Below are positions 6,456 to 10,469 of a stretch of DNA of 10,469 bases, piece by piece. The stretch spans positions 1 through 10,469 of the forward strand of contig JAWCME010000015.1 of the NCBI GenBank assembly GCA_039091335.1, written 5' to 3'. A program made the translations under genes and the position numbers. Under the pieces are notes generated by a model that saw only the letters and a list, made by a program, of their open reading frames with translations, was not told the DNA's origin and ran no database searches. The DNA is from Candidatus Aenigmatarchaeota archaeon. Its GTDB lineage: Archaea; Aenigmatarchaeota; Aenigmatarchaeia; CG10238-14; SCSR01. The stretch's first letter is position 1. The number at the start of each line of letters is the position of its first letter.

Positions 6456-7592
6456 ATGTCTAAAGAAGAGAAGAAGAAAGAAGAAGAGGGGAAAAAACCA
6501 GAAACAAAGGAGAAAAGATTAGAAGAAGTTAAAGAGTTTTCAAAAAAAGTTCTAGAAAAATATGGAAAGTATGTTAAGTGTATTGTGATGATGGGAAGTG
6601 TTGCAAGGGAAGAATTCAAGCCAAAAAGTGATATAGATGTTTTTGTTGTGATTGATGACACTGCTTTTCAAATCACTCCTGAGGAACATGAGAAAATAGA
6701 TGAGGATTTGGAAAAAATTGCAGAAGAAATTTCTGAAGCCATTTCCGTTCAGCCTACTTATACTTTGACGGAGTTTTGGGACTATGCTCGTGTTTGTCAC
6801 CCGATAATTTATAATTTTATTAAGGAAGGAATAGCTATTTATGACACTGGATTCTTCGCTCCGATCAAACGCCTGTTGGAAATGGGAAGAATTCCTTCAA
6901 CACGCGAAGCGATTGAAAGCTATATGGAAGGTGCACCGAAAAAGCTGATGAGGGCAAAGACTGTTAAGTTGCTTATGCTGGCTGAGGATTGTTATTATGC
7001 TATGCTAAACACTGCACAAGCAGTTTTGATGTTTATGGGTCTTGCTCCTCCGGTACCAAACAAAGCTTATGATGACGTGAAAAAATTTTTGGTTGAACCA
7101 GGAATATTGGAACCAGAGTATGCTGAGTGGTTAAAAGAAATAATAGAAATAAGAAAAAAAATTGAGCACAAAGAGCTTACGGATGTTACTGGGCAGTTTG
7201 TAGATGAGTGGATTAATAAGGCTGAAAAATTTGTTGAAAAGATGTTTGGCTTGCTGAATGCACTAGAAATAAAAAAGAAAGAAAAAATTTTGGAGAGAAC
7301 ACATGAGGTTATGTATAAAGCTGCAATAACTGCTTTAAAAACTTTAAAAAAAATGCCTGAAAAAGAGGAAGATGTAGCCAACGTTTTCAAAAAAGAATTT
7401 ATCGATTCTAAGATGATAGATGGCTATTATTCAGATGTGTGGAAAAGAATCGAAGAAATGAAAAAACTTGCTGAACAAAATAAAATAACAGAAATTCCTG
7501 ATAAAGATGTTTATGAAATGCGCGAATATGTGAGAAAGCTTATAAGAGATTTGGCAAAAGTTTTGAAAGATAAAGGAATAGAAGAAAGATAA
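6456..7592 (+). CDS. Minimal nucleotidyltransferase-HEPN fusion with a second degenerate HEPN-like repeat, paralogue B (378 aa)
   Basis: MGS-x10-DID motif (G47,S48,D59,D61). HEPN signatures CYYAMLNTAQAVL and RKKIEH (R233-H238). SD GGAGG at 6443-6447. Confidence 0.9.
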   Translation: MSKEEKKKEEEGKKPETKEKRLEEVKEFSKKVLEKYGKYVKCIVMMGSVAREEFKPKSDIDVFVVIDDTAFQITPEEHEKIDEDLEKIAEEISEAISVQPTYTLTEFWDYARVCHPIIYNFIKEGIAIYDTGFFAPIKRLLEMGRIPSTREAIESYMEGAPKKLMRAKTVKLLMLAEDCYYAMLNTAQAVLMFMGLAPPVPNKAYDDVKKFLVEPGILEPEYAEWLKEIIEIRKKIEHKELTDVTGQFVDEWINKAEKFVEKMFGLLNALEIKKKEKILERTHEVMYKAAITALKTLKKMPEKEEDVANVFKKEFIDSKMIDGYYSDVWKRIEEMKKLAEQNKITEIPDKDVYEMREYVRKLIRDLAKVLKDKGIEER

Positions 7593-7659
7593 AAAATTTT
7601 TATCGTTGTCAATTTCAATAAATTTATTTTTGATTAGTTTTAATTTAAAAAGAGAAAAT

Positions 7660-8253
7660 ATGGAAAGAGAATTTGCCCTCATTTCTTTAAAAGGTTTGAC
7701 AAAACCTTTTGATTTGAATAATTTAACGATTGGAAGAATGGATTTGATTGCAAGATGCATTTCTTCTGCATTTTTTATTTCATATGCGATTAGAAGGAAT
7801 GTTATATTCAACATTTTTTTGTATGGTCCACCAGATCCTCCAAAAAACATAATTCTTTGTGGAGAAGAATTGGAAGGAATAAGCCCAGATGAGAAGGGGA
7901 TTTGCAGAAAAATAAGTGAAGTTTTAAAAAAAAGTAAAAACTTGAAATTAAACGAAATTAAAAAAATAGAAAAGGGAATTTATGTAGGAAGAAGAAGTTT
8001 TGAAAATTTTATAAAACAAAAAGCTGGGGAAAAAAATATAATTTATTTGCATCCTAAAGGAAAGGACATAAGAGAGTATGAATTTAAAAAAAGTTTTTTG
8101 TTTGTGTTGGGTGATCAGAAAGGTTTGCCTGAAAAAACTGAGAAATTGTTGGAAAATTTGGGTGCTGAAAAAGTTTCTTTAGGTAAAATAGAATATCTAG
8201 CATCTCATTGTATAGTAATTGTTAATAATGAATTGGATAGAAGGGGTTTGTGA
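7660..8253 (+). CDS. trmY: tRNA (pseudouridine54-N1)-methyltransferase, SPOUT family
   Basis: MEREF start, FDLNNL..GRMDLIARC, LYGPPDPPK, PDE, FVLGD, VSLG..EYLASHCI.IVNNELDRR. ATG at 7660 is preferred over the TTG at 7606. Confidence 0.92.
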   Translation: MEREFALISLKGLTKPFDLNNLTIGRMDLIARCISSAFFISYAIRRNVIFNIFLYGPPDPPKNIILCGEELEGISPDEKGICRKISEVLKKSKNLKLNEIKKIEKGIYVGRRSFENFIKQKAGEKNIIYLHPKGKDIREYEFKKSFLFVLGDQKGLPEKTEKLLENLGAEKVSLGKIEYLASHCIVIVNNELDRRGL

Positions 8254-8283
8254 ATTAATTTTTAATTAAATTTAAAAATTTTT

Positions 8284-8754
8284 ATGAAGATTTATACTTT
8301 AGGTCACAGTACAAGAAGTTTTGAGGAATTTCTATCGATATTGAAAAAGTTTGAAATTCAGCTTGTTGTTGATGTGAGACGTTGGCCATCAAGCAAAAAA
8401 TTTCCTTGGTTTAACAAAGAAAATCTTGAAGAAGAATTAGCGAAAAATGAAATTGAATATACACATTTACCTGAGTTAGGAGGATTTAGAAAAGGAGGTT
8501 ATGAAGTTTTCAGTAAAAGCGAAGAATTTGAAGATGTAATTAAAAATCTTTTAGAAATAATAAATGGAAAAATTGCAGCAATAATGTGTGCTGAGTGGAA
8601 CCCTGCGAAATGTCACAGATGGTACATATCTGAAAAATTGAATGAAATGGGACGAGAAGTTATTCACATTATATCTCTAGAAAAATGTCAAAATCACTCA
8701 GAACTACCAAAGAAAAAACTAAAAATAAAGTGTGATAAATTAAAATTCTTCTAA
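8284..8754 (+). CDS. DUF488 family protein
   Basis: IYTLGHSTRS, LVVDVRRWPSS..FPWF, ELGG.R and IMCAE....CHR motifs. Confidence 0.92.
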   Translation: MKIYTLGHSTRSFEEFLSILKKFEIQLVVDVRRWPSSKKFPWFNKENLEEELAKNEIEYTHLPELGGFRKGGYEVFSKSEEFEDVIKNLLEIINGKIAAIMCAEWNPAKCHRWYISEKLNEMGREVIHIISLEKCQNHSELPKKKLKIKCDKLKFF

Positions 8755-8784
8755 TAAATTTTTACAAAATTTATTAACAAAAAA
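8752..8784. terminator. AT-only inverted repeat and T-tracts between convergent genes; candidate bidirectional terminator
   Basis: taataaatttt (8752-8762), loop tac, aaaatttatta (8766-8776). T-runs follow the stop codons on both strands. Confidence 0.45.
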
Positions 8785-9060
8785 TTATTCCCGATAATTT
8801 ATTTTTTCGGTTATCTTGGAATCTTTGACTTCTATCATTGCACTTACATGTTTATTGCATTTCCTGCAAACAGTGTGGATTTCAAAACATCCTTCCTTTA
8901 TCAACAAACTACTTTCGAAATTTTCAATTGTAAGATTTTCACCAACTCTATAAGTTTTTAGTAAACTTAATAGTGACTTTGTCTGCCAATCATGCTCCTT
9001 TTCTTCATATTTACAATAGGGACAATTAAATGGAGCTATTACATAATCAAACAATCCCAT
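8785..9060 (-). CDS. Small putative Zn-binding protein (91 aa from MGLFD)
   Basis: Two CxxC pairs (CPYC, CRKC) and WQTK...TYRVGE. ATG at 9060 is preferred over the TTG at 9075. Confidence 0.8.
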   Translation of the reverse strand: MGLFDYVIAPFNCPYCKYEEKEHDWQTKSLLSLLKTYRVGENLTIENFESSLLIKEGCFEIHTVCRKCNKHVSAMIEVKDSKITEKINYRE

Positions 9061-9100
9061 AAAGATTTTAAGCAAAAAATTAGAATAAATAGTTTTTGAC

Positions 9101-9493
9101 TTAGGATTTCAAAAATATTTTGATACGAGTTGAAGCATACATATCAATTTCTCTCGCATGCTTCCTTTCAATGAACTCCTCTCTAATTCTTCCATCATCC
9201 TCTATTGTCAGGATAATTCGTTTTGAAGTACCTTGATACTTGGCCAAGATTCTACATTTGTCTTTTGAGTATTCAGGATAACCATAAAGAAATAAAACTT
9301 CATAATAAATTAAATCTCTATTAGCTTTTTTAAGTAATTCGACCAAGGGATCTGTTTGTGGTGAATCTGTTTGCGGTTTTTCTTTTGTATAGTATTTTGT
9401 ATAGTAGTTTCCTGGTGGTACCAAAGATTTTAAGAATTCTGGTATTTTTTCTTTATCTATTCTTACATTTTCCAAATAATTATATTCAGCCAT
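9101..9493 (-). CDS. Hypothetical protein (130 aa)
   Basis: Open frame starting 14 nt after the tfb stop, with GTGGT before the ATG. No recognisable family. Confidence 0.75.
   Translation of the reverse strand: MAEYNYLENVRIDKEKIPEFLKSLVPPGNYYTKYYTKEKPQTDSPQTDPLVELLKKANRDLIYYEVLFLYGYPEYSKDKCRILAKYQGTSKRIILTIEDDGRIREEFIERKHAREIDMYASTRIKIFLKS
9350..9376. repeat. 15-nt-period in-frame tandem duplication (PQTD-S-PQTD)
   Basis: atctgtttgtgg at 9350-9361 and atctgtttgcgg at 9365-9376. Confidence 0.75.
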
Positions 9494-9507
9494 AATACCA
9501 CAAAATT

Positions 9508-10443
9508 TTATTCTTCCTTTGTTCTTTTTTCAACTTCTTCTTCTATTCCAAGTTTTTCCACTAATTCCTTGTATCTGTTTCTGATCGTAACTTCAGTAAC
9601 ACCAACAATATCAGCAACTTCTCTTTGAGTTCTCTTTTCTCCAACCAAAACGCAAGCAACATATATTGCGGCAGCTGCCACTCCTGTTGGTCCTTTACCA
9701 GAAGTTATGTCATGCTTCTTAGCTTTTTTTAGAATTTCTACTGATTTAGCTTGAACCCTATCACTCAAACCAAGCATAGAACAAAAACGAGGGACAAAAG
9801 TCATTGGATCAGCAGGTAAAATCCTTATCTGTAGTTCTCTTGCTATGTATCTGTATGTTCTTCCTATCTCTCTTTTTTCAACTCCAGAAGCCTCAGAAAT
9901 TTCATCCAAAGTTCTTGGTGAGCCGAACTCACGTGAGACTGCATAAGTCAAAGAGGCGATAACAGATTCTATGCTTCTACCACGAACCAATCCCTTGTTG
10001 ACAGCTTCCTCATAATATCTTGCAATTCTTTCATGAATGCTTCTCGGTAAGTTTAAAAATGAAACAATTCTTTGCAGCTCGGATAAAGCAAAAGACAGGT
10101 TTCTATCCTTTGATTTTATAAGCCTCTTGTGCCATTTTGTTAGTCTGTAATACTGAGCCCTTTTCTTCGCAGGTACTTTATACAGCTCACCTAAGCCTTT
10201 ACCTATTTCTGTCGTCAATCCTTTGTCATGCTTAGTAAAAGTTAAAGGAGCTCCACCTCTTGCTCTTCTACTCATTTGTTCAGAATCGAATGCCCTCCAT
10301 TCTTGTCCTGTGTCAATCATATCTTCTTTAATAACCAAGCCACATTTTAAACAAGTAAGCTCACCACGAGAAATATCTTCAACAATTCTAGTACTTCCAC
10401 ACTCAGGACATTTAGGCAATTGTTTTATTATTTTTTTAGGCAT
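9508..10443 (-). CDS. tfb: Archaeal transcription initiation factor IIB
   Basis: Zn ribbon CPECG...CLKCG, B-reader IDTGQEWRAF, two cyclin repeats (RGRSIE; GKGPTGVAAAAIY), and HTH RTQREVA..VGVTEVTIRNRYKEL. SD AAGTGAT. Confidence 0.98.
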   Translation of the reverse strand: MPKKIIKQLPKCPECGSTRIVEDISRGELTCLKCGLVIKEDMIDTGQEWRAFDSEQMSRRARGGAPLTFTKHDKGLTTEIGKGLGELYKVPAKKRAQYYRLTKWHKRLIKSKDRNLSFALSELQRIVSFLNLPRSIHERIARYYEEAVNKGLVRGRSIESVIASLTYAVSREFGSPRTLDEISEASGVEKREIGRTYRYIARELQIRILPADPMTFVPRFCSMLGLSDRVQAKSVEILKKAKKHDITSGKGPTGVAAAAIYVACVLVGEKRTQREVADIVGVTEVTIRNRYKELVEKLGIEEEVEKRTKEE

Positions 10444-10469
10444 TTCATCACTTAATAGTGAATATACAT

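Noticed and set aside
5601..7592. Interpretation as CBASS CD-NTase, CRISPR Csx1/Csm6 or a classic HepT/MntA toxin-antitoxin pair
   Set aside because: The NTase is the minimal type with no cGAS-like C-lobe. No CARF/SAVED domain, cas gene or array is present. The domains are fused and lack the RX4HXY tyrosine.
7588..7604. Palindrome GATAAAAA-A-TTTTTATC at the stop of paralogue B
   Set aside because: Mostly homopolymer arms with a 1-nt spacer, expected in AT-rich DNA. At most a T-tract terminator.
7606..7659. TTG-initiated N-terminal extension of TrmY (likewise TTG starts at 3455 and 9075)
   Set aside because: TrmY family homology begins at ATG 7660. For the other two genes, a nearby in-frame ATG (3467, 9060) is the more plausible start.
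6209..7850. Four - strand ORFs (6209-6661, 6552-6800, 7067-7390, 7431-7850)
   Set aside because: Ser/Phe/Ile-rich antisense mirrors of Glu/Lys-rich MNT-HEPN and trmY codons.
8101..8125. TrmY motif reads GDQKG rather than GDH.G
   Set aside because: A single substitution with all other motifs intact is not enough to claim altered function.
1..10469. Provirus, transposon, tRNA/rRNA or CRISPR array
   Set aside because: No integrase, transposase or capsid motifs, no GC-rich structured RNA segment, and no regularly spaced repeats were seen.

Overview
AT-rich archaeal chromosomal window, identified as archaeal by a canonical TFB, TrmY, archaeal-type YchF and GTGA(T)-type Shine-Dalgarno sites. A DPANN lineage such as Aenigmarchaeota is plausible but is inference only. 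Housekeeping genes sit at the edges: partial ychF on the left; trmY, a DUF488 gene, two small hypothetical genes and tfb on the right. Between them is a ~7.5 kb divergently transcribed block of uncharacterised genes. The left arm has two tandem paralogous alpha/beta proteins and a small coiled-coil protein. The right arm has an unannotated 53-aa two-TM protein, a 572-aa helical protein, an endonuclease-IV-like TIM-barrel metalloenzyme with a ~190-aa insertion, a small GNAT-like gene, and two tandem MNT-HEPN fusion paralogues (one intact RX4H motif, two degenerate ones). This block is the best candidate for an undescribed system. No CRISPR array, tRNA, rRNA or mobile element was seen.
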